Shown: positions 18,355-28,192, counted from the first letter of the stretch. The stretch: 64,000 bases of DNA from Oscillibacter sp. (GCF_028693505.1 NZ_JAQUVF010000011.1:832-64831); one strand, 5' to 3'. The notes: generated by a model from the sequence alone, not told the origin. Numbers and translations: made by a program.

Positions 18355-19792
18355 ATTTGGATTCTTTCAGCACTTCCAGCAAAAATGCCCAGACCCGCTG
18401 CACGGAGGAGATGCTCATTTTCTCCCGGGGCGTATGGATCTCGGTGAGGTCCGGTCCGATGGACACGCAGTCCAGCCCCGGCAGCTTGCCGCAGAGGATG
18501 CCGCACTCCACGCCGGCGTGAATGACCTCGATTTTCGGCTCACGGCCGTACTGGGCGCGGAAGATATCCGTCATCCGCGCACGCAAAACGGAATCCCGGC
18601 GGTATTCCCAAGCGGGATAATCCCCGGAGATCTCCACCCGGCCGCCCAGCTGTTCCGTCAGGCAGCGCAGACGGTCGTGGAGCATTTCCTTTTGCGTGGA
18701 GACGGCGCTGCGCACGCAGAAGGTGGCGGAAAGCGCCTCGGGTCCGCTTTCCAAAACGCCCAGATTCAAGGACGTCTGCACCAGGTCCGGCACGTCCTGA
18801 CTGTACGCCTGCACGCCGTTTGGCGCACAGGTCAAAAGGCACAGCGCACGCTGGGTAGAAGCCGCGCAAAGGGGCGTCTCCCCGGCGTCGGAAGCTTCCA
18901 CCATCACCGTAAGGCCCGGGTCCGTCAGGGCATATTCCCGCCGGAGCGTCTCCGCCATGGCTTTAGCGGCTTCCTTCGCCGCCTTGGCGTCCGCCACCGC
19001 CACCACCGCCTCCGCCGCGGTGGGAATGGCATTGTCCTTCAAGCCGCCCGCGGCACGCGCAAGGCGCAGCTGCGTCTTGGCGGCGATGGCCCGCAAAAGG
19101 CGGCCCAGCAGCATGTCCGCATTGGCGCGGCCCTTATTTATCTCCGTGCCGGAGTGTCCGCCGGTGAGGCCGCCGATGCGCACCGCGAGCCGCGCGCCGT
19201 CAAAGGCTTCCCGCACAAGGGGCAACGTGCAGCGGACCATGCTGCCTCCGGCGCAGCCCACCGTGAACACGCCCTCCTCCTCGGAGTCCAGATTCACCAT
19301 CTGCCGCCCTTGCAGGGGCGAAGCGTCCAGCGCGGTGGCTCCCAGCATCCCGATCTCTTCCTCCGTGGTCAGCACCACCTCCAGCCGGGGATGGGGCAGT
19401 GCGTCGTCGTCCAGCACCGCCAGCGCCATGGCGACGGCAATGCCGTCGTCCCCGCCCAGCGTGGTACCCACGGCACACACACTGTCGCCCTCCACTGAAA
19501 GGTCCAGTCCCTCCCGGTCCATATCCTTGGGACATCCCGGCTCCTTTTCGCACACCATATCCAGATGTCCCTGCAAAATCAGGGCCGGGGCGTTTTCATA
19601 CCCCGGGGACGCCGCCTTGATGATCATGACGTTGTTCGCGCTATCCTGCCAATACGCGAGGCCCCGCTCCCGGGCAAAGTCCACGCACCAGTCACTGATG
19701 GTCTTCGTGTTGCGGGAGCCGTGAGGGATGGCGCAAAGCTGCTCAAAAAAGTGGAACACGCCGCCCGGTTCCAGATGCTCCAAAGCTGCCAT
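18353..19792 (-). CDS. pepD: Aminoacyl-histidine dipeptidase (M20C)
   Basis: LQGHLDMV, TTLGGDDGI, TEEEIGM, NLDSEEEG, HAGVECG and HTPRE motifs. Confidence 0.93.
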   Translation of the reverse strand: MAALEHLEPGGVFHFFEQLCAIPHGSRNTKTISDWCVDFARERGLAYWQDSANNVMIIKAASPGYENAPALILQGHLDMVCEKEPGCPKDMDREGLDLSVEGDSVCAVGTTLGGDDGIAVAMALAVLDDDALPHPRLEVVLTTEEEIGMLGATALDASPLQGRQMVNLDSEEEGVFTVGCAGGSMVRCTLPLVREAFDGARLAVRIGGLTGGHSGTEINKGRANADMLLGRLLRAIAAKTQLRLARAAGGLKDNAIPTAAEAVVAVADAKAAKEAAKAMAETLRREYALTDPGLTVMVEASDAGETPLCAASTQRALCLLTCAPNGVQAYSQDVPDLVQTSLNLGVLESGPEALSATFCVRSAVSTQKEMLHDRLRCLTEQLGGRVEISGDYPAWEYRRDSVLRARMTDIFRAQYGREPKIEVIHAGVECGILCGKLPGLDCVSIGPDLTEIHTPREKMSISSVQRVWAFLLEVLKESK

Positions 19793-19807
19793 GAAATTTT
19801 TCCCCTT

Positions 19808-20944
19808 TCAATGTTCTTCCGGCGCGGTTTGCACCGCCGCGCCGCCCAAACCGAAATCCTCCGCCGCGCTGGCGGTGTCCCGCCGGAGCATGGTCTCCAT
19901 CACCCGGATATCGCTGTCCACATCCAGGACCTCCGCCTGATAAAGCTCGTCCAGCTGGTGCTCGAAGCCCTTGACGATGGCGTCCATCGTGGCCTCGATT
20001 CGGCTTTTGGCCTGCCGCAGATTCTCACCCTCCACGCCGGCAGACTCGAATTCCACATAGGAGTCCAGCAGCTTTTGCGTGGTGGGCAGGTAGTAGTTCA
20101 AAAAGGTGTCGATCCGCCCCCGCTTGTTGGGGTCCTCCTCCACCGCCTTAAAAATGCGGGCGGTGATCTCCTCCAGACGGTCGATCTTGGCGGAGAGCGC
20201 CGGGTCTGCGATACGGTCGTTTGCCCGGCGGATATTGCGCAGAATGCCGGAATACCCCGTCTCCGTCTCCTCCGGGGCCTCCGGGGCCTCTGGGGCCTCC
20301 TCCTGCTGCCGGCGCTTTACCTCTTCATAGGCTTTGTCGCTGCGGAAGAAGCGGCCCAGCTCCACATTTAAAAAAGCTCTGCCGCCAAAGTACCCCTTGT
20401 CGATCATCTTCTGAAGGTCTTTTTCCACCCGCTGAGGCGAATACCCCAGCGTCCGAGCCAGCTCCTCCACGGACATGGCCCCCCGGTCCCCCAGCACCGC
20501 CAAATACTTGGCGAAGCGCCGCAGGCCCCGGTCCATGGACATGCCGCTGCAAAGCATGGCGCCGCCGCCCACCATCAGCGCCAGCGCCGTGATGAGGTCC
20601 TCCAGCCAGAAGGAGATGTCATTTGGCGAGGCAAGCATAGCGGAAAACGGGTCGCCCACTGCCAGGATGCCCATGGCCGCCACCGCAGCGCCCACCACTT
20701 TCAGCCAGCCTGCGGTGGATTTTTTCGCCACCGGGGACTTTGTCACGGACCCCACCGCTGCCCGCGCCCGGTTTGACCGCTCCGGGGCGGGTGCCGCGCC
20801 TGCCTTGGCTGTGTTCTTTTTCCGGTCGTTTCCAAACAGCTTGGAAAAAAGCAGAAACAGTCCCACGGGCCAAAATACCCATAGCATGAAGATGATAAAG
20901 ACCCAGGAGCCCCAGTCGGTATTCTGTTTCTGCCGCTCCGCCAT
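19808..20944 (-). CDS. XpaC-like (5-bromo-4-chloroindolyl phosphate hydrolysis family) membrane protein
   Basis: N-terminal TM helices, a winged-helix-like VEELARTLG segment and C-terminal FLNYYLPTTQKLL..LDVDSDIRVM. Confidence 0.8.
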   Translation of the reverse strand: MAERQKQNTDWGSWVFIIFMLWVFWPVGLFLLFSKLFGNDRKKNTAKAGAAPAPERSNRARAAVGSVTKSPVAKKSTAGWLKVVGAAVAAMGILAVGDPFSAMLASPNDISFWLEDLITALALMVGGGAMLCSGMSMDRGLRRFAKYLAVLGDRGAMSVEELARTLGYSPQRVEKDLQKMIDKGYFGGRAFLNVELGRFFRSDKAYEEVKRRQQEEAPEAPEAPEETETGYSGILRNIRRANDRIADPALSAKIDRLEEITARIFKAVEEDPNKRGRIDTFLNYYLPTTQKLLDSYVEFESAGVEGENLRQAKSRIEATMDAIVKGFEHQLDELYQAEVLDVDSDIRVMETMLRRDTASAAEDFGLGGAAVQTAPEEH

Positions 20945-20947
20945 GGC

Positions 20948-21157
20948 TTACTCCCCCTTCTTTTTGAGCTTTTTTCGATTTCCCTTCTCGTCCACCAGAT
21001 AGGTATTGTCCAGCTGGCCCTGCAAACTGCCCAGCACGGAGTCCACATACTCCCGCCGCAGCGCGGCGCGCTCCATGGTCTCCGCCTCCGTCAATCCCTC
21101 GGGACTTTTGGCCTTTCTGGCCAGCTCGTTGATCCGGTCGATCCGCTTTTGTTCCAT
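20948..21157 (-). CDS. DUF896 / YnzC family protein
   Basis: IDRINELARKAK..GLTEAE..ERAALRREY motif. Confidence 0.9.
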   Translation of the reverse strand: MEQKRIDRINELARKAKSPEGLTEAETMERAALRREYVDSVLGSLQGQLDNTYLVDEKGNRKKLKKKGE

Positions 21158-21167
21158 GCGCTCCTCC

Positions 21168-21389
21168 TTAAGGGATGTCCGGGCACTCCCGCTCGAACAC
21201 CAAATCCAATGTCTCGATGAATCCGCCGGCCCGCTGCGTCCGCGGAATGCTGCCCGCATACCGCCAACCCTCGCCGGCCATCTTTTGAATGATCTCCCGG
21301 TGGTCTATGGTCTCCAGACCAATGCCGCCGAAAAGGCTGTATCCGCCGCCTCCGGTGCAATCCACCGTTTCAAACGCGTACTCCAGCAT
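21168..21389 (-). CDS. Small DUF4177-like protein
   Basis: HREII..MAGEGWRYAG..LDLVFER pattern; AAGGAG RBS; in-operon position. Confidence 0.7.
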   Translation of the reverse strand: MLEYAFETVDCTGGGGYSLFGGIGLETIDHREIIQKMAGEGWRYAGSIPRTQRAGGFIETLDLVFERECPDIP

Positions 21390-21399
21390 GGCTCTCTCC

Positions 21400-22197
21400 T
21401 TACAGATACCGCTTCACGACGATGGACGTGCGTCCCTTTTTTGTGACGCCGCCCACCTCCGCCAGCTGAAATTTTCCAAGTCCCCGGGCGGAGACGGTGT
21501 CCCCCGCCGCGAGCAGCTTGTCCGGTTTGCTGCAATCCCGCCAGTTCACCTGCACCCTTCCGCCGGTGATAAGGTCCGCCGCCTTGCCCCGGGCCGTTTT
21601 GAAGCCCGTGGCGGCCACGGCGTCCAGCCGCAGAGAGGACACGGTGTCCCGCACCTCCTCGCACTTTGTCTCCGGTATGTGAATTTCGTCCGGAGAAAGG
21701 GACGTGAGCGTCAGCTTTGCCCGGCCTGCGCCGCTCCAGCTTTGCAGCAGAAATTCCGCCACGGTGTCCAGCACAATGAGGTCCGCGCTCTCGCTTCCCA
21801 CCAAAATGTCCCCCACCTTCTCCCGGACAATGCCCATACCCATGAGACTGCCCAGAAAATCCCGGTGGGTCAGGGCGTACTCCGCCCGGAAGGCTGCCCG
21901 CAGAAGGCGGATGGGGCTTTGGGACGGGGCGTCCTCCGCCTCCAGCCAGTCCGGCAAAAAGAGGAACAGCTTTCGCTCCGCGCCCTCGTACCCCCCAAGG
22001 AGCACATAGTCCGTTTCCGCGATCCCCGCCAGACGCAAAAGGTCCACGCCCTGCATCTGCTGACTGGGACTGAGAAAATCCGTGGCGACGGGGATGCCGC
22101 GGCTGCGGGCGTGCTCCGCGCGGTCCAAGACTCCCGCCAGCAGCATCCGCTCCTCCCCGGCAAGGCCCATGCGGTCCAGCAGCTTCGTCTTATCCAT
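21400..22197 (-). CDS. ylmH: YlmH/Sll1252 family S4-domain RNA-binding protein
   Basis: TDFLSP, GGYEGAERK, LTHRDFLGSLMGMGI.REKVGDI and VSSLRLDAV motifs. Confidence 0.9.
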   Translation of the reverse strand: MDKTKLLDRMGLAGEERMLLAGVLDRAEHARSRGIPVATDFLSPSQQMQGVDLLRLAGIAETDYVLLGGYEGAERKLFLFLPDWLEAEDAPSQSPIRLLRAAFRAEYALTHRDFLGSLMGMGIVREKVGDILVGSESADLIVLDTVAEFLLQSWSGAGRAKLTLTSLSPDEIHIPETKCEEVRDTVSSLRLDAVAATGFKTARGKAADLITGGRVQVNWRDCSKPDKLLAAGDTVSARGLGKFQLAEVGGVTKKGRTSIVVKRYL

Positions 22198-23941
22198 GGC
22201 GCAGCTCCTGTGTGCGCACCAGGGCGGCATAGGCCCCGTTTCGCGCCATCAGCTCTTCGTGGCTGCCCAGCTCCGCAATGCGCCCCTCCTCCACCACGGC
22301 GATGCGGTCGGCATTGCGCACGGTGGAAAGGCGGTGGGCGATGATGAGGGTGGTGCGGCCACGGGAGAGCTTTTCAAAGGTCTTTTGCAGCTTTGCCTCC
22401 GTCACGCTGTCCAGTGCGGAGGTGGCCTCGTCCAAAATCAGGATGGGCGGGTCCTTCAAAAAGATGCGGGCAATGGAGATGCGCTGCTTTTGTCCGCCGG
22501 AGAGCAGAGCCCCCCGCTCTCCCACATAGGTTTCAAAGCCGTCGGGCATGGCCGCGATATCCTCGTAAATTTCCGCCTGCTTTGCCGCGCGCGCCACCTC
22601 TTCCTCCGTGGCGCCGGGTCTGCCGTAGCGGATATTTTCCAGAATGCTGGCGGCAAACAAAAACACGTCCTGCTGCACAACGCCCACGTTCTGGCGCAGG
22701 GATTCCTGCGTCACGGAGCGGATGTCGGCCCCGTCGATCCGGACGGCGCCCTCCGTCACGTCGTAAAACCGGGGGATGAGCTGGCACAGCGTGGACTTGC
22801 CGCCGCCGGAGGGGCCCACGATGGCCACCGTTTCTCCCGAGCGGATGTGGAGGTCCACATCGCGGAGCACCGCCAGATCGTCCTGATAGGCAAAGCCCAC
22901 ATGGTCCACGTCGATGCGCCCGGAAACGTTTGAAAGGATCTTGGCGTCGGGGGCATCCTGCATGGCGGGCTCCTCCCGCATCAGCTGGACGAAGCGGCCA
23001 AGGCCCGCGGTGCCGTTGGCAAACAGCTCCGCAAAGGTGGAGAGCTTGCGCACGGGATTGACGAACGTTGTAATGTAGAGGCTGAAGGTGATGAGGTCCA
23101 CCGTGTTCATTTTCCCCTCCATAATGAGGATGCCGCCGGCCGCGATCACCGCCACGGAAAGAATGCACAGGAAAAACTCCATCACGGCGTTGAAGCGGCC
23201 CATGGCCTTGTGGAACTGGCGCTTGGAGGTCTTATAGCCGTCGTTGGAGGTCTCGAACTTGCGCAGCTCCGCTTCCTCGTTGGCAAAGGCCTTGGCGGTG
23301 CGGATGCCGGAAAGGCCGGATTCGATGTCCGCGTTGATGAGGGCCGTCCGCTGCTTCACCCGGGCGGACGCCTCGCTCATATCCCGGCGGCACACCCCAA
23401 CCACCCAAAAAAAGACCGGCAGGATGATGGCGATCACCAGCGCCAGCTGCCACTGGATGGTGAACATGATGGCAAGCGCCCCCACGATGGTGACGCCGGA
23501 GATGAAGATGTCCTCCGGTCCGTGGTGGGCCAGCTCCGTGATGTCAAAAAGGTCGGCGGTGAGGCGGCTCATCAATGTGCCGGTGCGGTTGCGGTCAAAA
23601 TAATCGAAGGACAGCTCCTGCATGTGGCGAAACAGGTCCCGGCGGATGTCCGCCTCCACCAGAATGCCGAAGGTATGGCCCCAGTAGCAAATGACATAGG
23701 TCAGCGCCGCGCGCAGCGCGAAGGCCGCCAGCACCACCCCCATCACGGCAAAAAAGGTTTGGTAGGCGCTTCTTGGCAGCAGCTCGTACATGCACCACCG
23801 GGAAACATAGGGAAACGCCAGATCGATGAGCGAGATCAAAAGCGCGCAGAAAAGGTCCAGCAGAAACAACCGCCGATGCGGCTTAAAATAGGAGAGAAAT
23901 ATCTGAAGCGTTGATTTTTTCTGAAAGTCTCGGGTCGTCAT
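22190..23941 (-). CDS. ABC exporter, fused permease/ATPase
   Basis: TM domain plus GPSGGGKST, LSGGQKQR and LDEATSALD motifs. Confidence 0.93.
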   Translation of the reverse strand: MTTRDFQKKSTLQIFLSYFKPHRRLFLLDLFCALLISLIDLAFPYVSRWCMYELLPRSAYQTFFAVMGVVLAAFALRAALTYVICYWGHTFGILVEADIRRDLFRHMQELSFDYFDRNRTGTLMSRLTADLFDITELAHHGPEDIFISGVTIVGALAIMFTIQWQLALVIAIILPVFFWVVGVCRRDMSEASARVKQRTALINADIESGLSGIRTAKAFANEEAELRKFETSNDGYKTSKRQFHKAMGRFNAVMEFFLCILSVAVIAAGGILIMEGKMNTVDLITFSLYITTFVNPVRKLSTFAELFANGTAGLGRFVQLMREEPAMQDAPDAKILSNVSGRIDVDHVGFAYQDDLAVLRDVDLHIRSGETVAIVGPSGGGKSTLCQLIPRFYDVTEGAVRIDGADIRSVTQESLRQNVGVVQQDVFLFAASILENIRYGRPGATEEEVARAAKQAEIYEDIAAMPDGFETYVGERGALLSGGQKQRISIARIFLKDPPILILDEATSALDSVTEAKLQKTFEKLSRGRTTLIIAHRLSTVRNADRIAVVEEGRIAELGSHEELMARNGAYAALVRTQELRHG

Positions 23942-24061
23942 AGCCGTACTCCTTGTGTGATATCAATACAGAGAATAGCATACCACGTTTTTTGAAAAAA
24001 CGCAACGCAGCCGCCTGCGGGACTTCTCTATATTCTCGTTAAAACGGGCCGGACGCCCACG

Positions 24062-24096
24062 AAAAGCCCCCTGTTACCCAAACGGTAACAGGGGGC
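24062..24096 (-). terminator. Intrinsic terminator after trxA
   Basis: GCCCCCTGTTACC-caaac-GGTAACAGGGGGC with a U tract on the minus strand. Confidence 0.8.
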
Positions 24097-24134
24097 AATT
24101 GCGCCGTGGGACTCAGTCCGCCACCGGCCCTCTT

Positions 24135-24452
24135 TTAAAGTTCCTTGTCCAAAACGGCGGTAAAGGCTTCTTCGGGCATTACGCCCACCTTCCGGTCAAA
24201 TTCCTGCCCGTTTTTCAAAAACACCACGGTAGGAATGCTCATCACGCCGAATCGCCGGGCAAGGTCCGGCTCTTCATCCACATTCACCTTGCCTACCAGC
24301 GCCTTGCCCGCATACTGCTCCGCGATGGCTTCCACCACCGGAGCGAGCATTTTGCACGGACCGCACCAGTCAGCCCAAAAATCCACCATGGAAAGAGTCG
24401 CCGCCTCTACTTCCTGATCGAATTCCGCTGTCTTAAAATGTTTGATTGCCAT
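24135..24452 (-). CDS. trxA: Thioredoxin
   Basis: VDFWADWCGPCKM and SIPT motifs. Confidence 0.96.
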   Translation of the reverse strand: MAIKHFKTAEFDQEVEAATLSMVDFWADWCGPCKMLAPVVEAIAEQYAGKALVGKVNVDEEPDLARRFGVMSIPTVVFLKNGQEFDRKVGVMPEEAFTAVLDKEL

Positions 24453-24471
24453 ATTCCATACTTCCTTCCTG

Positions 24472-25299
24472 TCAGTTGTTTTTTTCTTTTCTCAAAAGCG
24501 CCGCAACATAGGCCGCGGCACTTTGTCCCGCAATCAATCCTTCTCCGGACGCCTTGGAGACCTGTAACAGTCCGCCGGTGCAGTCCCCCGCCGCAAACAC
24601 GCCGGGCAGATTGGTGGCCATCCGCCGATCCACCGCCACATAGCCGTTTTCCACCGCCAAATCCGAAAAGAGGTCCGTGGGCGCCATGGTAGGGCGAAGC
24701 AAAAATACCCCTGCCACCTCCGCCGTCTTTCCGTCGCAGACGATGCGCTCCACCTGCTTGTCACCGCTGATAGCGCAGGTTTTGGGCCGGTCGAAATACG
24801 TCACGGCGCAGCCCAGGCCTTCCAGAAATTCCGCCTCACGGCGGGCCGTTTGCGTGTAGCCCAGCACCGCCACCTTCTTGCCGCGATACAGCATCCCGTC
24901 GCAGGTGGCGCAGTAGCTGACGCCCTTACCCAAAAACTCGGCCTCGCCCGGGAATTTTTTTCCTCTCGCCACGCCGCCGGCCAAAATCAGCGCCCGGGCG
25001 TTTTCCATATCGGCGCCGATGCTCACGTACCAGGTTTCCCCCATTCGGACGGTGCTCAGCACCTTTCCGGCGGAAAATTCCACGCCCGCGTCCTTTGCAT
25101 GGCGGTGCATGGTGCGCAGCAGCTCCGCGCCCGTGACGCCGGGCAGACCCAAATAGTTCTCCACCCGCTCCGCCTTCCAAAGCGGACTCTCCTCCGGCGG
25201 ATTGGATACCACCAGCACACCGTACCCTCTGGCGCGCACATTCAGCGCTGCGGAAAGTCCCGCCGGACCGCCGCCGATCACCAACACTTCATAGGACAT
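24472..25299 (-). CDS. Thioredoxin-reductase-like flavoprotein with a shortened, degenerate NADPH domain
   Basis: VIGGGPAGLSAA, GVSYCATCDG and TNLPGVFAAGD motifs present; GGGxxA and HRRxxxR motifs absent. Confidence 0.88.
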   Translation of the reverse strand: MSYEVLVIGGGPAGLSAALNVRARGYGVLVVSNPPEESPLWKAERVENYLGLPGVTGAELLRTMHRHAKDAGVEFSAGKVLSTVRMGETWYVSIGADMENARALILAGGVARGKKFPGEAEFLGKGVSYCATCDGMLYRGKKVAVLGYTQTARREAEFLEGLGCAVTYFDRPKTCAISGDKQVERIVCDGKTAEVAGVFLLRPTMAPTDLFSDLAVENGYVAVDRRMATNLPGVFAAGDCTGGLLQVSKASGEGLIAGQSAAAYVAALLRKEKNN

Positions 25300-25588
25300 A
25301 TTGCTCCGTCTCCTCTTCAAACAGCGCTGCCATCAGCGCCGCCACTTCCCGGGACGCGGCGTGATAGTAAACCTCGTTGCCGGAACGCTCCGCCATCACC
25401 ACGCCTGCCGCCCGCAGTTTTTGCAAATGCTGAGAAACACAGGACTGGGACATCCCGCTGCTCTTTTCCATGCAGCCGACGTTGTGACAGCCGCCGGTCA
25501 GCAGGCTATGCACAATGCGCAGCCGAACGGGATGCGCCAGCGCCTTTAAAAGGGCCGCCCGCTCCTCATAGTCTATGTACTTTTCCAC
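25289..25588 (-). CDS. ArsR/SmtB family transcriptional regulator
   Basis: LKALAHPVRLRI..SQSCVSQHLQKLR motif. Start GTG 25588 or ATG 25600. Confidence 0.88.
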   Translation of the reverse strand: MEKYIDYEERAALLKALAHPVRLRIVHSLLTGGCHNVGCMEKSSGMSQSCVSQHLQKLRAAGVVMAERSGNEVYYHAASREVAALMAALFEEETEQYVL

Positions 25589-25925
25589 GCATATCACCAT
25601 CCTGTTTTTTATTAGAATATCATAATATTCTAAGTATGAAAGTTGTTTTTGCAACAGCGCAAAAATTTTCAAGGCGGTTGCTTTTAAAGCGGGAGTTTGG
25701 TACACTGAGAGCAATGCAAAACGGGAGCCGGCGGATGCCCCGCCGGCTCCCTATTCAAAAAAGCGGCGGCACCGTCCCCGGGGGCGGACGCTGCGCGGAA
25801 TCGTTGACCGGAGATGCCCTTGCCGCTTGCGCTATACTATGCGGCATCGCCCCCGGCAGCCACACCCACCCGCGTACCCGTCCCGGTCTCACTGCCCCGA
25901 AACCACCAGGAAATGAGGAATATCT

Positions 25926-26570
25926 ATGATTAAAATTGCGCCATCCATTCTTTCCGCCGATTTCGCAAATTTAGAGCGTGACATTGGGCGCATCGCCACC
26001 GCCGATTACGTCCATGTGGACGTGATGGACGGCATGTTCGTCCCCAACATCACCATCGGCGTCCCGGTGGTGAAATCCATTCGCCCCACCACCTCCCTGC
26101 CGCTGGACGTCCATTTGATGATCGTGCAGCCGGGGCGGTACGTGGAGCAGTTTTGCGACGCCGGGGCCGATCTTGTGACGATCCATGTGGAATCCGACAC
26201 GGAGGAGGCGTTGCACTGCGCCATTGACCGCATTCACGCCAAGGGCAAGCGGGCGGGCATCGTTTTAAAGCCCGGCACCCCGGCGGAGGCTGCCCTGCCC
26301 TTTTTGGAAAAGGTGGAATTGATTCTGGTCATGACGGTGGAGCCGGGGTTCGGCGGTCAGAAATTCATGACGGACATGATGCCCAAGGTATCCGCCCTGC
26401 GCGCGCTGATCGACGAGAAGAATCCCGCCTGCGAGCTGGAGGTGGACGGCGGCGTGGACCCGGAGACCTGCACGCTCTGCATTCGAGCCGGGGCCAACGT
26501 GCTGGTGGCGGGCAGCGCCGTCTACAAAGCCGCCGACATTCCCGTGCGCATCGCGGAGCTGAGAGGGTAA
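25926..26570 (+). CDS. rpe: Ribulose-phosphate 3-epimerase
   Basis: IAPSILSADF, HVDVMDG, DVHLMI, MTVEPGFGGQ and VDGG motifs. Confidence 0.96.
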   Translation: MIKIAPSILSADFANLERDIGRIATADYVHVDVMDGMFVPNITIGVPVVKSIRPTTSLPLDVHLMIVQPGRYVEQFCDAGADLVTIHVESDTEEALHCAIDRIHAKGKRAGIVLKPGTPAEAALPFLEKVELILVMTVEPGFGGQKFMTDMMPKVSALRALIDEKNPACELEVDGGVDPETCTLCIRAGANVLVAGSAVYKAADIPVRIAELRG

Positions 26571-26575
26571 GGCCC

Positions 26576-27553
26576 ATGCAGGATGGTTCTTTTCCCGACC
26601 GGGTCTCTCTGGGCGTGTTTCCAACGCCCCTTTGTGCCCTGCCCGCCATCAGCGCCCGCTACGGCCGAAACATCTGGATGAAGCGGGACGATCTGTGCGG
26701 CGTGGCGCTGGGCGGCAACAAGGTCCGCAAGCTCCAATACCTGCTGGCGCAGGCCAAATCGCAGGGCTGCGACACGGTGTTCACCACCGGCGGCGCCCAA
26801 TCCAACCACGCCATGCTCACCGCCGCCTGCGCATCCCGACTGGGGATGCAATGCATTCTCCTTTTAAAGCAGCGGGGCGTCACCGAGCTGCGGGGCAATC
26901 TGGTGCTGGATGCGCTGTACGGCGCACAGGTCCGCCTGATCGACACGGACCGCTACGAGGACATCTATGATGAGATGGACCGTCTGAGCAAAGAGCTTGC
27001 AGCCCGGGGGCACCGGGCCTATTCCATTCCGGTGGGCGGGTCCACGCCGCTGGGCGCCATCGGGTATGTGGATGCGGTGGAAGAGCTGGCGGAGCAGTGT
27101 GCAGCCCAGCATGTCCCCGTGGGCCACATCGTCAGCGCCACCGGCTCCGGTGGCACCACCGCCGGCTTGCTGCTGGGCGCGAAGCGGTATCTCCCCGGCG
27201 TCAAGGTCACCGGCATGGGGGTGGACGACTCTCCCTTTGCGGAGATCGTCCCCACGCTGGCGAAGGGCGCTGCCGAAATTCTGGGGTGGCAGTTTGAGCG
27301 GACGGCGGACGATTTTGAAATGATCTATCACGTGGGGCAGGGCTATGCCGTCCCCAACGCGGAGGACACGCCGTTTCTCGAAGAGCTTGCCCGGACCGAG
27401 GGCATTTTGCTGGACCCGGTATACACCGGCAAGGCGTGGGCAGGGATGCTCAAAAGGGTGCAATCCGGCGGTTTTTCTGACCGGGGCGACATTGTGTTCG
27501 TTCACACCGGCGGCGCTGCGGCGCTGTTTGCCATGGACCTGCCCCGGGCCTGA
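26576..27553 (+). CDS. D-cysteine desulfhydrase / ACC deaminase family PLP enzyme
   Basis: KRDDL..GGNKVRKL, GGAQSNHA, SATGSGGT, LDPVYTGK and VHTGG motifs. Confidence 0.9.
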   Translation: MQDGSFPDRVSLGVFPTPLCALPAISARYGRNIWMKRDDLCGVALGGNKVRKLQYLLAQAKSQGCDTVFTTGGAQSNHAMLTAACASRLGMQCILLLKQRGVTELRGNLVLDALYGAQVRLIDTDRYEDIYDEMDRLSKELAARGHRAYSIPVGGSTPLGAIGYVDAVEELAEQCAAQHVPVGHIVSATGSGGTTAGLLLGAKRYLPGVKVTGMGVDDSPFAEIVPTLAKGAAEILGWQFERTADDFEMIYHVGQGYAVPNAEDTPFLEELARTEGILLDPVYTGKAWAGMLKRVQSGGFSDRGDIVFVHTGGAAALFAMDLPRA

Positions 27554-27592
27554 ACGCCCTTTCCCCATTTTTATCGAAGGAGCATCGTCGTT

Positions 27593-28192
27593 ATGGAATA
27601 CTTTCCCGCACCGCTGGAAAATCTGGTGGAGCAGTTTGCCCGGCTTCCCGGCATCGGCGGCAAGTCCGCCCAGCGTCTGGCCTTCTACGTTCTGGGTCTC
27701 CCGGAAGAGGATGCCCGGGCCTTTGCCGACGCCATTTTAGACGCCAAGCACACCGTCACCTGCTGTCCGGCATGCCAGAATTTTACCGCCGGGGGACTTT
27801 GCCCCATCTGCGCCTCCCCCAAGCGGGATGGGACCACCATCTGCGTGGTGGCGGACCCCCGGGATGTGGCGGCGCTGGAGCGCAGCCGGGAATACAACGG
27901 GCACTACCACGTGCTTCACGGCGTGATCTCCCCCATGAATCACGTGGGGCCGGACGATCTTTCCATCAAGTCTCTCGTTGGCCGTGTGGCGGGCGGCGAC
28001 GTGAAGGAGGTCATCATGGCCACCAACCCGGACACCGAAGGGGAAGCCACCGCCATGTACATTGCCCGGCTGCTCAAGCCCTTTGACGTGCGCATCACCC
28101 GCCTTGCCTACGGCATTCCCGTGGGGGGTCATCTGGAATTCGCGGACGACGCCACGCTGATGCGGGCGCTGGAGGGACGGCGCGACATCTGA
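27593..28192 (+). CDS. recR: Recombination mediator RecR
   Basis: LPGIGGKSAQRLA, C4 zinc finger, YHVLHGVISP, ATNPDTEGEAT and TRLAYGIPVGG motifs. Confidence 0.97.
   Translation: MEYFPAPLENLVEQFARLPGIGGKSAQRLAFYVLGLPEEDARAFADAILDAKHTVTCCPACQNFTAGGLCPICASPKRDGTTICVVADPRDVAALERSREYNGHYHVLHGVISPMNHVGPDDLSIKSLVGRVAGGDVKEVIMATNPDTEGEATAMYIARLLKPFDVRITRLAYGIPVGGHLEFADDATLMRALEGRRDI

Noticed and set aside
20272-20300. 9-bp repeat encoding EAPEAPEAP in the XpaC-like gene
   Set aside because: A short in-frame linker repeat of ordinary character.
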